A DNA stretch of 64,000 nucleotides from positions 10,974,001-11,038,000 of the forward strand of contig OZ004607.1 in assembly GCA_963924565.1 (NCBI GenBank). The letters run 5' to 3'. This stretch comes from Ascidiella aspersa (taxonomy: Eukaryota). A program made the translations under genes and the position numbers. Numbering within the stretch: the first letter of the stretch is position 1; each line of letters starts with the position of its first letter. Below are positions 32,701 to 47,700 of the stretch, one piece after another. Below the pieces are notes generated by a model. It saw nothing but the letters and a program-made list of their open reading frames with translations. It ran no database searches and was not told the DNA's origin.

Positions 32701-35700
32701 GTTAAATGTTAAACAAACCAGTCCAGCTTGCTATGTACTATAGTATTGTATTTTGCCAGGGATTTACAAAGCTGGCAGGTCACAACACTGATAGCTTGTG
32801 TAATGTGTATTCAGTGCGTATGGATAAAATCGGACTTGTAACTCGTTTTTGAAGGTAGCACATAGAGTTGACGCAATAGCTAAAACTCCCTTTAAGGAAA
32901 GGAGCTCTATGGTTACGGAGAGCTGTAATAAAACAATAGATGAATGCATGGGGCTGATCCTGGGGTTACGTGGCCATGCCCCGCCAAACTGATTTTTTTG
33001 CCTATTTTAACTACGTAAATGTAAAAAAATTGTCTTAGCCAATTTCGATCCTGTTGTTAGTCAATTCGAACTCCGCCATACAGCGCAGGGAGACGCAGGC
33101 GCTAGTCAGGAAGCTGGAGGCACGCTTCGACGCCCTCAATTCTTCCCTGGCTGATCGGCAATCAGGTCGTCCGGACTCCCATCCCGGCGGCAGGGTCTCG
33201 GAAGAGCGACTCGGAGCGATCGGAAAGAGCATCGAAGGAGTGCTCTCGAGCGCCGAAGAAGCATTGGACCGCGTTCAGCGCTTGGAAAGCTGGGCCAGCG
33301 AGCTGGTCGAAACACAGACGGGCTTCCCTCCGCTCATTCCCGTCACCACTTCACACCCGCAGCCCGACGTTCCGCCCGTAGGTAAGTGGTGTCATGGACG
33401 GGTTAACCATTAGACTATATACCAAGGCTATAGCCTTAGGGCCTGGAAAAACTAGGTCCCTTAATTTTTGAAAGGTTAAATTTTTGTATGTATTTTCATT
33501 TACTTTTGTAACTTGCTTGGTTTGCAAGATTATAGGCCCTTCTCTAGTAAACAAGCAAAAATTGTTTAATTTACCTTTTTTAGCTTTTAGCTTGTTTGAG
33601 CACATTAATGACGTCATTTGGTATCGTACTTGATCTTTCTGGCCAAACATTGCGTAACGGTTCCAGGTCTAGTAGGTCCTGGTTAAGGAGTGTTTATCGA
33701 CAAGGCTTTGTATTCTAAAGATATATGTTAAAATCGGTTTGGAAGTGATCCATGTCATGTGGTACTATAACCCTCTGATACTATCTATGCCAACCCGATA
33801 CCCATTTATTAACGCATTTCAGCCATTTTTGCGATCCAGTGCTTTTTCTCTTTTTCCATTGATAAAACAAACAAAAAATCTCAGAAAACCGTGCGAAAGA
33901 AACTTTTCAACGCTAAAGTAAAATTGTCCTTTATTAGGCTAAAAATATAACATTTGCTCGTTTTGATTCTACAAAGTTGTTTTTCATAATATTGCCGCCC
34001 TATACATCGCGTCGGACTGATAAGTTTAGGTTAATATCAGACAGCGGTATCGGATAAAGTACAAGGTATAGGACTGTGTCCTGTTTAGCGCTATTTGATA
34101 ATATTAGTTAAACGTATTTTTTTTCCCCAAACAGCTGTTGGTGGTTCATACAACACAAAATCAATACTACTTTCGTGCTGCGCACCTTACGCAATTAATT
34201 ACAGCTGTTCTGTGGGGGATATATTATAACCATTCTGATGCAATCCGTGTATGTGTGTTCGAGGTCTTGGTTGGATAAATTGATTTGCACATTATTTCAA
34301 AGCCCGGAGGGTAAACTAGTGTTCCATATACAAAGCAAAAAACAACCTAGGTTTATATCGTTGTTTAGCTATCGGAAGTTCGTGATCTGGCTATAAAATA
34401 ACATTCTCCAAACTTCAGCAGTTGACTTTTTTCCCAAGCCGACCTATATAGAATCGTTTAAAGCAGCCCTTGATATTTACCGATAGAGTTACCAAAGAGG
34501 CCATTAATAGTAGCTATGTAATCGCCGTGATCAACAACCGGCCCTCCGATCACTTTATGGTTACGTAAGCCTCGTAAGGTAGATTTTACTACATTCTTGT
34601 AAGGTGTGGCTAACTCTAAATGGAGAAGATACGCCAGTTTCTGTTGTTACAGTTTCGTGTTAACGGAAATAACCAACACTGTACGACGTACAAATAGAAA
34701 AGAAAAACAAAAGAAAAAGGTAAAGTAAAGAGCAGCAACAGTAACAGGAGAACGGCGACATAAAGGAACACCTACAAAGTGTAATCTCGACGGAGCAGTG
34801 TACGTTTTTACAATTTACGAAATTCGCTCAATGCGAGAACAGTGCCGAAAGGGAAGGCGAAGTTTAGCGGACGATACCCATGTTTATATATCTTTTTTTA
34901 TAAACAAACAGTTTACATCGATTCTTTGTCAGCCTTTTTCTGCAATCATTGTTATCCAGTTTTTAAAGTGTTCAAGTGAAACGATGGAAGGCATTTTCTT
35001 CATAAGCACAAATACAAAAATGATTTTTTTTACTGGTTTTATATCTCTCTGATGGAACTTGACAGGTGCCATAACAGGAACACGGACTGGAGACGGCATT
35101 AGATGGGAGGTCCTACTTCGATGTGCAATTTAAACAATTGATTGTTACGGGGGGAGGGGGGGGAGGGTTGACGCTTCGCAAATACAGTGCAAAACGTTGC
35201 GGTACCGACCTGTGAGATAAAACAGTACAAAAGGACAACCGAATGTGCAAGTCGTAGCACTTTAAGCTGCCACGAATTTTATTTTGTAAAACCAAGTGCC
35301 CCGCGTAAAGTGCGTGGAACGTTTGCGGCGACGCTGGCTTTGTAGGAATAACTTAAATACCTGAAACAACGCGCAGAAAACGAAAAGGAATGTTGTCTTG
35401 TGCAAAGTCTACTCAGCATTTCCTTTTTACCTTGCTCGTCTCAACAAGAGCGTAAAAAAAGAGGGGACACGCCTTCTGGAATTACAACAGCGGCTGTAGG
35501 CGCGTTCCAGCCGTGACGTCACGGTGTAACCTTAGCACTGCTTCATGACGTAATTGCACTCGCGCGAATCCTCGGCGCAACGCATCGTGCTGAACACATC
35601 GCTGACAATCAGCTCTTCGCGGTTCGCTTGCAGCTGAAGGTCCCGTCGCGGACTCCCACGCACCGAACCAACGCTGCGCCGTTTACGCAGCGCGTGGCGC

Positions 35701-38700
35701 CAGGACCTACGTAGTCGCCGACAGCAGCAGGCCGCTTTAAACCGGCGGAGATTCTTGCGCGAGAAGCGCTGCACCGAGCGCCGGAAGTAGGGCATCCGCG
35801 CGCCGTAGATGAGACAATTCCAGAGGCTGTTGGAAAAGAGCACGGTCATGCAGATCACCAGCGCGCTCACGTCGCGGCTCATCTGGCGCATTTCGAACGC
35901 TCCGCGCCCGGCTATCTGCGCGATCACGATCAGCAGAGGCACGATGGCGGTCGAGATGGCGATCACCACCGCCACCAGGGTCTTGACGATGTTCGACTCG
36001 AGCGACTTCGAGCGCAGCATCTCGCGCGCGCGGAACACGGACGACTTTCGCCGCAGCCGCGTAGGCGTGCGCGGGTTGCGCTGGGGCTCGACCTTGCGCT
36101 CGGCGGGAACTTTGAGGCTCAAAGTCGGCGACGGCGCCGGCGAGAAGACGATGTTAGCGAAGCTTCCCGACAACGGCCCGACGCCCAGCGGGCTTCTGCT
36201 GCGCTCGGCATCAGTCCTGTGCCTCACGTCGTCCGGGCAACCTCCCCAGCTGCGCCGACAAAGCAGCTTCTTGGCCACGAAGCAGTCGTCGATCATTTGC
36301 GGGTGATGTGGCGGCGTGCTGGGCTGCGAGAGGGTACGCTTGTGGTGGACACCATCCTGAAGGCTGGCTATTTGCTTGATTAGAGCTGTGTCCAGGCTGG
36401 ACGGGCGCCTCGTAGCCCTGGATGGCGTTGTGACTCCCGCCGGGGATGACATCGTCTTCCGGATCGGCATCTTGTGGATCTGCTTCCTAAGGGGCACCAC
36501 AGGCGTCGCTGGAGCGGGAGCCGGTGGTAGGACGCACACCGAATCGTCCGATATCTTAGAGTTGGGGTTGAGCGCCTCGCTGTCGTTCGCAAACCTGTCG
36601 ATGCCGCTTTGCGTGACGTGGCTTTCGGTGACGCTCGGTCGCCGGTGAATACCCCCGTGTCTCCGCCTGCTGCTTCCCCGGCTGCGTTGGCTGCGGCTAA
36701 GCGAGCCGTTGCGAGACGAGTAGGAGTTCTTGAGCCGTCGTTTTCGCCGCCACAACGTGAAGCAGATGAGTGAGCTGAAGATCCAGGTGGTGACCAGCGG
36801 TAGGAGCAGTGCGCCGGCGTACCTGTGGACAATTGAAATGAACGGCTTGTTATTTGACGTCGTCCTGCTGAACCGGCATCGCTAAGTTTTGATTTGCCCC
36901 AAGTCGAAACGCAGAACCCTACGAGGCGCTTCTAAAAGTTACAAATATAAGACTTTGTGTGAAACACCGCGAAGCCGCTATTCACCCAAACGTCTCTGTG
37001 CCGTCGATGGCGCGTGCTTAAATTGACGCAAAATATGTTTTGTGGCTACCAACGAGACGCTCTTCCAGCTATTATATATTTATTTTTTTGGCGTTTTAGA
37101 CTTTTACGGCGTCATTATCAAGTCAATAATATTTATTATATTTTGCTTATCTTAAGTTATAAATACGTGTCGACAAATTTGTTACTTGCCATGTCAACAA
37201 ATGGCAGCAGGTTTGACTTTGCACTCAATTGGTTTATTTAAACCCCGATTTATACGTACATTCTACTCTACTTTTGATCACATGAATGGCTGACCTTGGA
37301 TCGTTCGAATGGTTTTATTCGCGTTAATGCCCTAAACTGGGAAGAATCACAAAAACATTGTGGGGACAGGTTGGTTACAATTATAATTGCTTACCAATAC
37401 GCCATAAAGGACTGCTTTGAGTTAGAGGCAAGGACGACAAACGCGTGGCCGATTGAACTGTACTGGAACTTGGGATAGAGAAAGAGCGGAACCATAGAGA
37501 AGAGGACGCCCAGCATCCAGATGAGCACCACGAGGAAGGTGGAGCGCTGCATCTTCAGGCAGCTCAGCGTCTTCAGTTTGCGACGAAACGAGGAGCTGCG
37601 GAACAAAAATTAGAATAATTCTTTTGCACTGAAAAATGCGAAAATGTTTGGCGACGAAACAAGCACTTTAAAGAACATTTGGTTATCGAATGATTTGCCA
37701 TACCGTTAGGTTAATTTGCAAGGCTTCTGTGCTAATTCTCACTTCTCGACTGCTAAGTTTTTAAAATGAATGACGTTGTTTAGTTATATCAGTAATTCTC
37801 AACCTTATATGGCTTACGGCACCCCTAAAAAATAATATTAAATTTTCGGCACACTGACTGGAATTTTCGTTGAGTATTTTACTAAAATGTTACTATAAAT
37901 GCAACTGGAACAACACAATCAACTTAAAACGTTAAGGGAAATGTCTTTTGATATAATGGTCTCTAATCGTACACAAATAGTTATATCAAGAAGCTTACCG
38001 ATTGAGCAAAAATCAGATTCTTAAACTTCAAAAATATATCTATCGGCACCCTTGAGTATCAGAAATTAAACCCCAGGGCGCCGCGGCACCCCTGTTGAGA
38101 ACCATTGAGTTACATAGTCACGTACTGCGGTTTGATAATAATAATACAGTGATAAACGCTTTCGGTGAAGGTCGTCGAAACATAATTAGAATCGCATATG
38201 TTTTTGACGGTTTAGCGGTTTGTTGGGCAAGGCTTACTCGACAAACAGGGTTCAGCATCCAGACAGCACCATTAAAATCGATTGTTCATCTGCGCCACAT
38301 TTTCCTTACGCTTGACGTCATGCCTGGACCGCTCCCTTATTACTAGCTCATTTACGGAATTTTGTCGATTTGCAAACACGAATCGATCAAACAACATCAG
38401 GAGGAATATCGTTAAATCTGTATTAGGATTTCATTGACGCACTGTGAACGTGTTTAGGCAACCAATTTGACGTCATACAGGGTGACCTTAATCATTGATT
38501 GCGACCCATGTGGCACCCCTAACGCTTACCCCCACGGGGATAAAGGCATACGAAACAAAGAGTTCCCTCCAGAAAAAACAAAACATCTTAAGCAAAGGGT
38601 GTGACATCAAATCAATAAATTTAACGGCGGCGTAGATTAAAATGATGTTTTCACTCGTTGGAATTTAATTAGCTAATAGTTGGGTCGCAATGTTTTGAAC

Positions 38701-41700
38701 GCGTTAGAACAATAACAGGTGTTGTATCATAGAGTAACTTGAAAAAAACAAAAGCCAAATTCCAAATATCTTTTAAACGATTTTGGATATATTATGAATA
38801 TATCGTCGGCCGAATTTTATTTTATATTTTCAATATAGCTTCGACCGAATTTTCTAATTTGGTGCGGTATTAGAAGTGTCCAGGTATTATGTCGCTCATC
38901 CCGCAGACCCAATTGACTTTAAATGGCGCCCAACCTCGCTTAGTCGCATTTGTACGCAAATGAACAACAAGGCATGGGCTGTCATATGGCGAACGAACGC
39001 CTGTTTACGGCAAGAGAGGACGGCGACCTCTGAACGTCAAGTATGGCTGCTGCCCGTGAGCTAATATGGTAAAACGCACAAGTGTTGTGGATGAAATTAA
39101 ACTCGTTTTCTCGACGCAGCGCTGAATCATTACAACGCACGTATTTCGCCCCACGAGAGTTTAATCGAATCATCAAGGTCCGGATTTGATTGACGGCGCT
39201 GCGTTTTGCGAGTTTGACCGCGATAACCCCCGGCGTGAAATATTTTAATTTGCGGCTTTTGTCGGCTAGCGCGGGTCACCGTTTAACAGTAACCGAACTT
39301 TGTGAAGAGTCAGTTGGGAACGGCGAGCGATGCGGGAAGGCAACACCACATCGGCGCGCGCCCAGTGGCATTTCGCGAACCTGCACAGGAAACCGAAATC
39401 GTGCCATTCCGCCGATGCGCAAATTGCCGTAACTCGGACGAGCTTCCATGCGTCGTTTTTTTTTTGACACTTTGCACGGCTTTCAGCCGGTTAACAGTTA
39501 CCGAAGCGAGGGTCGGATTAAAAATTGGCAAAAACATACCTACTAAGCTGAAGTATTGCCATTGCCACAAAACCCTAAGCCAGTGCCTTCTCAATCAGCG
39601 GGTCGCGAACAATTGATAAGTCGTGAAGCTATTTTAGGTGGGTGGTGATGCATTTCTAATGTTGCAGTTTTCTATTAGATTTCTATGACGAAATTATTGC
39701 ATTATCATTACGTTACATTTATGCTTGAACTGATAATATTCAATATGCAAACTTAGGTTTCGCATTAATAGTAAATTGCATGTGTATGATTTATTTTCTC
39801 ATTAATTTGTTTTTTATTCGTTTGATCTCATTGTGGGTCGCACAATAAAACTTGAAGTGGGTTGCGAACTGAAAAAGGTTGGAAATCACTGCCCTAAGCG
39901 TTTCAAAATGGTCCTCTGAACAAGCCGTTTAGCTTTACAGTTTCACACGGAGAGCTATAAGGAATTAGTATTTGAAGTTACCTGGAAAGGTTAATGGACT
40001 TGGTGCTGATCGGCTTGGTGGACGTGTAAAAGCGGTCGGCGCTGGCCGCCGCCAGAGTGTACATCGACACAAAGACGGCCAGGTGCGTCACAACCCCGAC
40101 GGAGTTCACGAGCGTCGCGGAGCCGGATCCGGATCCGGACGACAGGGCGCGCTGCGTCAAGCTCCCGTCGGGAATCGAAAGGTTGCCACCGGCGGTTGCG
40201 CTTCTGAGGCCCGGGCGGCGTTCGGCGGTTAGCTCATAGTGAAGGAAGGCGAGGACGGTTGGAAGGACCACAGAGCCCACCAGAAGGTCGGCCAGCGCCA
40301 TCGAGAGCACGTACATCGAGTAGTTCTCCATGGTAGGGTTGCGACGCACGATCCGACGGGTGCTGGGCAGCAGGTTGGCCGCGAGGACGGCGCCGTTCAA
40401 GGCGGTCGTAAGCGCGGCGAGCAGCAACAGCAGTGCGGTGAAGCCTTCGATCCGTCGGCGACACGGGCCTGGCATGCAGTCCCACAAAACCGCGGAGGCG
40501 CTTCCATTTGGCGCGCCGTTATCGGCGTAGGCGCAGGCGAACGGCCCGCAGAAAGGCACCTCGAACTCGATTAGTTCCAGTTGTCTGTGAGTCGCGCTGG
40601 CGTTTGTCAGTAATTCCATTGCTGCTGCAGCGGGGGTAAGCCGGTTCGCCGCCAGTACTTTCTACGCGGCATGTGGACTACGCATCTCTCACTTGCCTAT
40701 TTTAGTATGTGTATGTATGCAGCGTTTTAACCTGGAGAAAAAATGCGACATGTTCCAACGAGCCATGTATAATTGAACTGTTTTATCTATGCCGTCACGT
40801 AGGACTCTGTCACGTGATCAATCGATACCACGATCTACGTGATGAATTTACATGTTACCTGATATTTTGGGACCCGTAATGCAAATCGGAACTAAACCAA
40901 TCGATAATCCATCAAATTAGTCTGATTGGAGGTTTTTATTACATACCAGATTAACCGCGATTTGGCACTTTCCTGTTTTGCCTATAACAAGCGCGACGCC
41001 GTGGATATATGCTCGACTGGCAACACGCGGGTAGCTTTTTCACTAAAAACACCACCCTTTCCTGGCTATGCTTTTGCGAAAATATCCTGTCTCTTGGTTG
41101 CGAAATCTTTCTATGAAAACGTTGAGGACGCGTTTGTTTGCAGCCAAAGTAGTGTCCTACTCAAACTCAATCCAACAAGTTAGCATTCGTTTATAAGGAA
41201 TAATTTAACGGAAAAATCACATTATTGGATATGTTGGTTGCAAAGTTGGTTAGGACGGTTTACCAACAAGCGGGGTTTCCCTACAAAGCATATATATGTA
41301 TAATTATATATATATATATATGAAATTTAAAAATACGACCGAAATATAATTTAGAACTAAATAGTTCGGCGTGGCTGACAACTATAACACAAGTGCCGAA
41401 AAATTTAAGATTATTAGCATAAAACACGCTAAACTACCTTTGGTGCAGCAAAAGTGTCGCGAACGATCAGATAGATTCCTTGTCAGGGGTGCTGTCAGTC
41501 GGCTTCCGCGTGTTGTTACCATTTCTCTAACGCTATTTGCGGCCAATTTCCTTTCAAAAAGGAAGGACTGAATGCGGGTAATTACATACGATGTGAACGC
41601 ACACTTCCCACGCGTTTGACACAAGAACGCACTTTTCCCACGCATTTGACAGGGAAATAACGGCCTACCTTACCCGAATGTGTGTTTATATACAGCAACG

Positions 41701-44700
41701 CCCTCTTTATATCACAACACTTTTAACAAGGATTGACGCCCAAAACTTTCGAGAGACTCCTGCTACTACTGACTGTACAGAAGCTATTATTCAACCGGCA
41801 GCCTTGATCGCCAATCCACGTCGCGAACAAAACCGATGATCGTCGACGATTCGCTCCTGGCTAACTTAATGCACGCGGCGTGGAAGAATGCGTAGCAGTA
41901 TATATAAAAACACGTCTCGAGCGCATACCTTTTCGGCAAGGCGTACCGGGCCCAAGTGGTGGTCGCGTTTTCAACTGCTGGCGACGTCTACCGTTAAGTA
42001 GCTAAAGCGCCGCTACCTCGGCCATACAGTCGGACAAGAGCGCAATTAAAAGGCGAGCGCGGTCGCTGCTTAATCGAGTTGTCAAGCGCGAGGCTGCGGC
42101 CAGCCACTAGCCCCAGGCCAAACCGAAGCGCCATCTTCGTGGAAGCGAAACGCACCGCTGAGGACTAGTGACGCTGTACAGCAGTCAACATCCGCGGCCG
42201 CTCGACAGGAGAAAGAGCGATTCTCGCTGGATTTACGGCCTTGCCTGGAAGAAGCTAATGCGCGAGTACGTTTGTTCTATATTTGAGGGCAGGTGACAGA
42301 CCTTAGATGGCAAAATGTTGAGGGAATGCAGCCTAATTTATCGCACCCTGGGCGGCCTGTGTTATTTACCAAGAAACAAACTGTACTCCCAGATGTACCT
42401 CCACGGAAACGTCCTTATTATTTTGTAAACCTTTTTACTATCTCCACATCACATACCAGTTGGTGCTTCTACTGTACTCAACAGCACATTTTCACGCATG
42501 TGGGCGAAACAGGGTTGAATTCCCGCCGCGCTAAAAAACTGCCTTCAGCGTTTAGCATCTGCTGATTCAGACTATATTATAACCTTGCGTTGTCACCCAG
42601 TGAAACACGGATCACCGTCCATCAACGCACGCCTAATTAAGGCGGCTTTTCCGCTTACTGATCGGATAAACGTTACAGGCGTTTTTTACAGGGTGGAGAA
42701 TTGCGGTCAGACTGGTGGCTGCCTTTGTATGCGCGCGGGTTGGGCTTGTTTACGCCAAAATGGGTGGTTCGGCGGCGCGCTAACGCTTTAGGTTAATAGC
42801 AACAACAACAACAACATCAGCAGAAGCAGCAGTTGTGGTTAACAATGGCCCAAGCAACAGAAGTCTATCACCGGACATGACATATGCAGCAGGCAGTTCC
42901 GCAAATAGGCAAATTAGAAACAACAGTGCGCCGTCTACATGCATATACAACATATACGCAAACATGTTTGCGCAACAACAGCCCTTGTGAAAAGTTACGT
43001 CAAGCTTACAACGTAATTCTACTCTATAACTGCCGAAGCATTATTATTGTGGCCTCAAGATTAAATGTGCAGATGCCTTAAACGCGCCCATATATTCTTT
43101 GGTTGGTATCCATATTGCCCAAAATATTACAGGAAAACTAGTACAATATCTACTCGGGAGTTCCTTTTCAAAAGTCACGCACCCGATAATTGATAATAAT
43201 CCTAATTCACGCTCCTCTAACAGATCCTGGCTTGTAAATTGTTATCTGATCTCATCGACAATATACTTGTTATGAATAGAATCAGGGGTTCTAACTGATA
43301 AGAAAGTTTCTGCCTTCATATATAGATTGTTTATTCAAGCAGTTGTTTCAAGGTGCAACAATTTTATAGCTGTGAAAATTACAGTGGCGACACCACCTTT
43401 TCATGTGTGCGGACATCATTTACAATTCACTTTTAAACTGCGTTTTCATAGTGCGCTTTTTTAGAAATTCTAAAGCAGTGGTTCCCAAACTTTTTTGGCT
43501 CGCGGCACACAAAAAAATCTCAACTACTTCAAGGCACACCTTTAACAGAACAACAATAGAGTAATTTTACAATCGCCCTTAACACACGACAATCTATATG
43601 TAAATGTCTTAATATTATCAATTTTGTAATAAATATAGGGCGTATATTTAAGTCTAAAATGCTTGCGTGTATGCCTAGTGGTAATACAAATACTTTATTT
43701 TTTTTAAATTACAGTAAGTTTTGTGGCGCACTTGACAATCTCTTGAGGCACAGTAGTGTGCTGCGGCACACAGTTTGGGAATCACTGTTCTAAAGCATTT
43801 ATAAACTATTAAATGCGTCACAACTGTTATGTTTGTATAAGCCAACCCCCCTAAAAAAAAACCCTTATAATCCAATTAACTTCCCATAGAAGTCTATGAT
43901 CAAAAACAGGAAAGCGCCGCTGATCGCTTTATCTGAACTACCTTTCTTCTGATTATGTGAATAGCAAGCCACAGCGCAAACTAACCGCTTTCGGGAACGA
44001 CGCGAACCCGTTTGCCCCCTTTCCTATCCTTCCTCTGCCACACTGACTCAGCGCTCGTATCTAACTGTACACAACAACCGAGCCTATCTGTCCCGAACCA
44101 TCAGTAGCAATAAGGTGGGCAAGCTACGTCGCCCCTAAGGCAGCGTTGCTAAGCCCTATACGGCTGGCACATACAAATAAACGGTGAATATCGTGTAGTA
44201 GATATAGCTAAGTAAAACGTTCACCTGAGTCGTTTAAATTGCCGAGAGTTAAAAGCAACCGAAATCACGGTCCTCTTCATGCAGTGGCTTGCGATATTTT
44301 GATACCAATACAAGCAAGTGCTGGCTTAGGTTACATGGCCTCAGCTGTCCTGCTATTGCGGCGTTGGGAGAGCGTGCGCGGCAAACGGCGCGTGGAAAAC
44401 GCAACGGAAAGCGTGACACGGCACGGGGCGCTGCGGTGACATAACTTCCAGCCGCCCGCGACGACGCGCTGCCGAGAAAATGAGCCGCGTATATCTGCGG
44501 GAAAGGCATACCTTCTCTCACACTTTAAGTTTTCAAAGTGACTGTTCGCTCAGCAGGGATTCAGTCGACCGGGCGACTGGGAGGGCTATGTATTGTCCAG
44601 GACGACTCGCTACGATGACTAGTTTTCCTCTCATGGCCACTAACTTTATAACGCTGTTAAAGTGTGGGGTTATGAAAAGCTTTTTCCTAGGTAGCTTTTC

Positions 44701-47700
44701 GGTAAAACGCTTTAAAACAGGGCTATAAACGATAGACTCAACGTCTATAATCGAGTGTTTTCAAATCAAAAGTTATAATTACTGGATCTCCGCTCGATTT
44801 AGTTGGGTGACCAACATGCTGTAGTTCACATGTTCGATTTATTGAGATGGTTTTGAGCAATATTTCCTGCAAAATTTGGCAGAATTGCGAAAGTAATTTT
44901 AGGACAATGCCCATTTTAATAAAAATGGGCTTCATTAATACTATGCGTTGTCGCGAAAAAAAAAATTGAACCCAATTACAATCGGATTACGGGATTTTAA
45001 ATTGATTTCTAAGCAATATTTTGTGAGAAATAACATTTAAATTAAACACTCTTCGACAGTGCCTCTGTTTAATTCAAATATTTACATCAGTGCACACGAT
45101 TACAAAGACTGCTTACAACACGCGAAGACACCTTTAAAAAAGCGATAAAAACCCTTCCGTTTGCCACTGCATCTGCTGGTACTACTAACGTTGCTGCTTC
45201 TCCGGCCGCTACGGTCTTTTTTTATAATTCAACAAAGGATGATTGGTTTAACTCGCCGCCCGCGCATTCGACCAGTAAGGGTAGCTAAAGATCTCGCGAT
45301 CCTCTGCTCTTTGCGTTTCAGCCGACGACGCTGTCACGTTCGCCTGCCTTTTTCACTTTCTTCACTTCCCAGTCGCGTGCGGCCCGACTCGACGAAAAGC
45401 CAAGCAAATCACGCGTTCGATTCCGCATGGACGCGAGTTTGGTGTAATCAGGATATTGTTTCTTATACTTTTAAGCGATCGCACCTTTTGAGCTTTTATG
45501 AAATGTTTTCGTATCCCATGTTTACGATGGACGACGGCAGTAAATAAAATTGTAATAATACGAATTAAACTCAAGGTATTTATAACTAAAGCGTTGAATG
45601 CAAGCATTAAAAGAGTCTTGTAAGTTCAACAATATTTACAACCCACACAACAATCAGTTAATTTTCTAATGGCTTTTTGTTGTTGCTTTTGGTAAATTAC
45701 GCATTATTCACAAATATGCCTGATGAGCGCTTAAATTCACACTGCATATCGTAACCCCTGCTATGGTGCTTCGTACCCCCGAGGGGTACACGTAACCCTG
45801 GTTAAGAACCCCTGGGTATAAGGTTTAAAGTAATCGGAAACCTTCTAATCCAAGCGCTATTTCTGCTACTGCAAGCGGTTTCAAAAAGCGGTACAATCAG
45901 CCACAAACGACAATCGACCGCGGTCTTTGATACTTTGACGTCTGTAAGCCTTTATTTGTTTGTAAAGTGTATTACCCTTGCTGATACGCACATTGACTAA
46001 CTCTCCACACGCTTGGTTATTCTTGTTACACTCACGCTATCATTGCGGATGCGCTAAGAACACCACGCATTGGCATTCTATTGGCCGACATTACCCGCCT
46101 ACTGGCCTCCCAAACTTCGTGGACGATACTTTCTGCTGCAGTCAAAAAACGAAATAGTTCAGTCTAAATTAATTCATTACAAGACCTTGCATACAAAAGA
46201 AATGGCAAGTTTCCTTGCACGTGTCTTACCAAGGACAAACTCGACGCCGCTTATGTGTGTTGTAAGTCCATCAGTCGCCCAATGATACGGCGTGAATTTT
46301 CCTGAAATTTCGAGGCCTGCGCGATGCCTTAAATAAGTAGGTCTACGACTGAAAAAATATCATTTTCATTGCAAACAAACCCATGAAATTGAGGATAATA
46401 TAAATATGTTTGTATTTGCAATGGTATGACAAAATATTGTATAAGTCACATTTGTTAAATTTATATGAAAAAAATCTCAAGCGTCGACTTTAATAAAAAG
46501 ATCAATCTTATAAGCAAGGACATTTCGGCAGCCCAGCAAATCGAGCGCGGAAAAGCAGGCAGCAGGCGAGCATATAGAGGCGCCGTGCACCTTATCGGTG
46601 GCTTTTCCCGGTTCCTCCGCATTCGCGGCCCCGGGAACCGCTGGCCGATCGATCTCCGGCGAATTTGCTTGCAAAAAATTCGCGTTTAAACTCCGGGAAA
46701 ATCGATTCGAGGTCGGATCTGGCTAGCCGGTATCCTACCCGTAAACACACTGTATTTATGCTTGGTTCGCCCGCGAATTATTGAGGTCGCATTAATTTTG
46801 ACCACTTTCAACGTCCTTTTCGTAATTTTGCTGCGGTTTAAGAGTGGAAAGTTGCTCTTAAGAGCCGACCTCACCCCCAAAGCTTAGTTTTAACCGATAC
46901 CATTTTTTCGTATTGGAAATACATGCCTTGTTTAATAAAAGGCCTACAGAATAAAAACACCAAAACTTTTCCTTGTTTAGAAGTATTGGGAAATGCCTCA
47001 AGCTTATAGATTGTTAAAACAAGAAAAGATTAGACCGACACTTGTGATATACACCAGGTTTAAAATTGCCATATTTACAAGGGACTTCAAGGGAACCGGA
47101 CAGAGGTAAAAGGCATTACTGCCTTTCTGAGTTTGTCTTATTTTTATTACTTCCTTAGACCATTTGTTGCGCCAGCCAGTGCGACAATTCCAGCAAAAAA
47201 GGCGTTAACGAGGTTATAAATTTACCTTCGGAGTGGCGCGAGGGTAATTCGATTTTAAGGCGACAACAAACTCCAAAGGGACCCGCTCTTTGATGAGGTC
47301 GAATATTTGAGGTTTAAAAGTTTAGGTTAAACCTCAAAGCCGGCGCCCGCTGCAACTTCGCTAACCGTTCGACGAGCTGCCAAGAAAATGCCGGCGAAGA
47401 GCGGCGCGATTTTGTGTGACGTAGGCGACAGGCACAAGTGCCAACTGTTTAACCTGCTTCACGTCGTCTGCACTTGTTTTGTGGCGTGTAAGCGGCTGCC
47501 TTTGACGCACTTCGCACCGCGTCGTGTGACGTGTACGCGATACACTCCATTTCTCGGCTTCATTTGATTGAGTTGCAATTGAGACTGCTCTCAACTTTGC
47601 ACTGAGTTGCAATCGAGAAAGCTCTTAACTTTGCATCTCAATTAACTGACGATACTTCTTTGGCTTCTCACACCCACAAAAAAAAATTGACAAAAACGTT

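Noticed and set aside
35809-36832. Overlapping alternative-frame and antisense ORFs over the GPCR (and similar ones over USP48, CCDC28, UNC119)
   Set aside because: Shadow ORFs expected from GC-rich or long coding sequence; no motifs.
40961-40982. miR-96-like sequence (also a miR-92-like seed at 31387)
   Set aside because: No complementary arm to form a precursor hairpin.
46360-46430. Imperfect inverted repeat
   Set aside because: AT-rich and bulged with no convincing TSD; could be chance or a decayed MITE.
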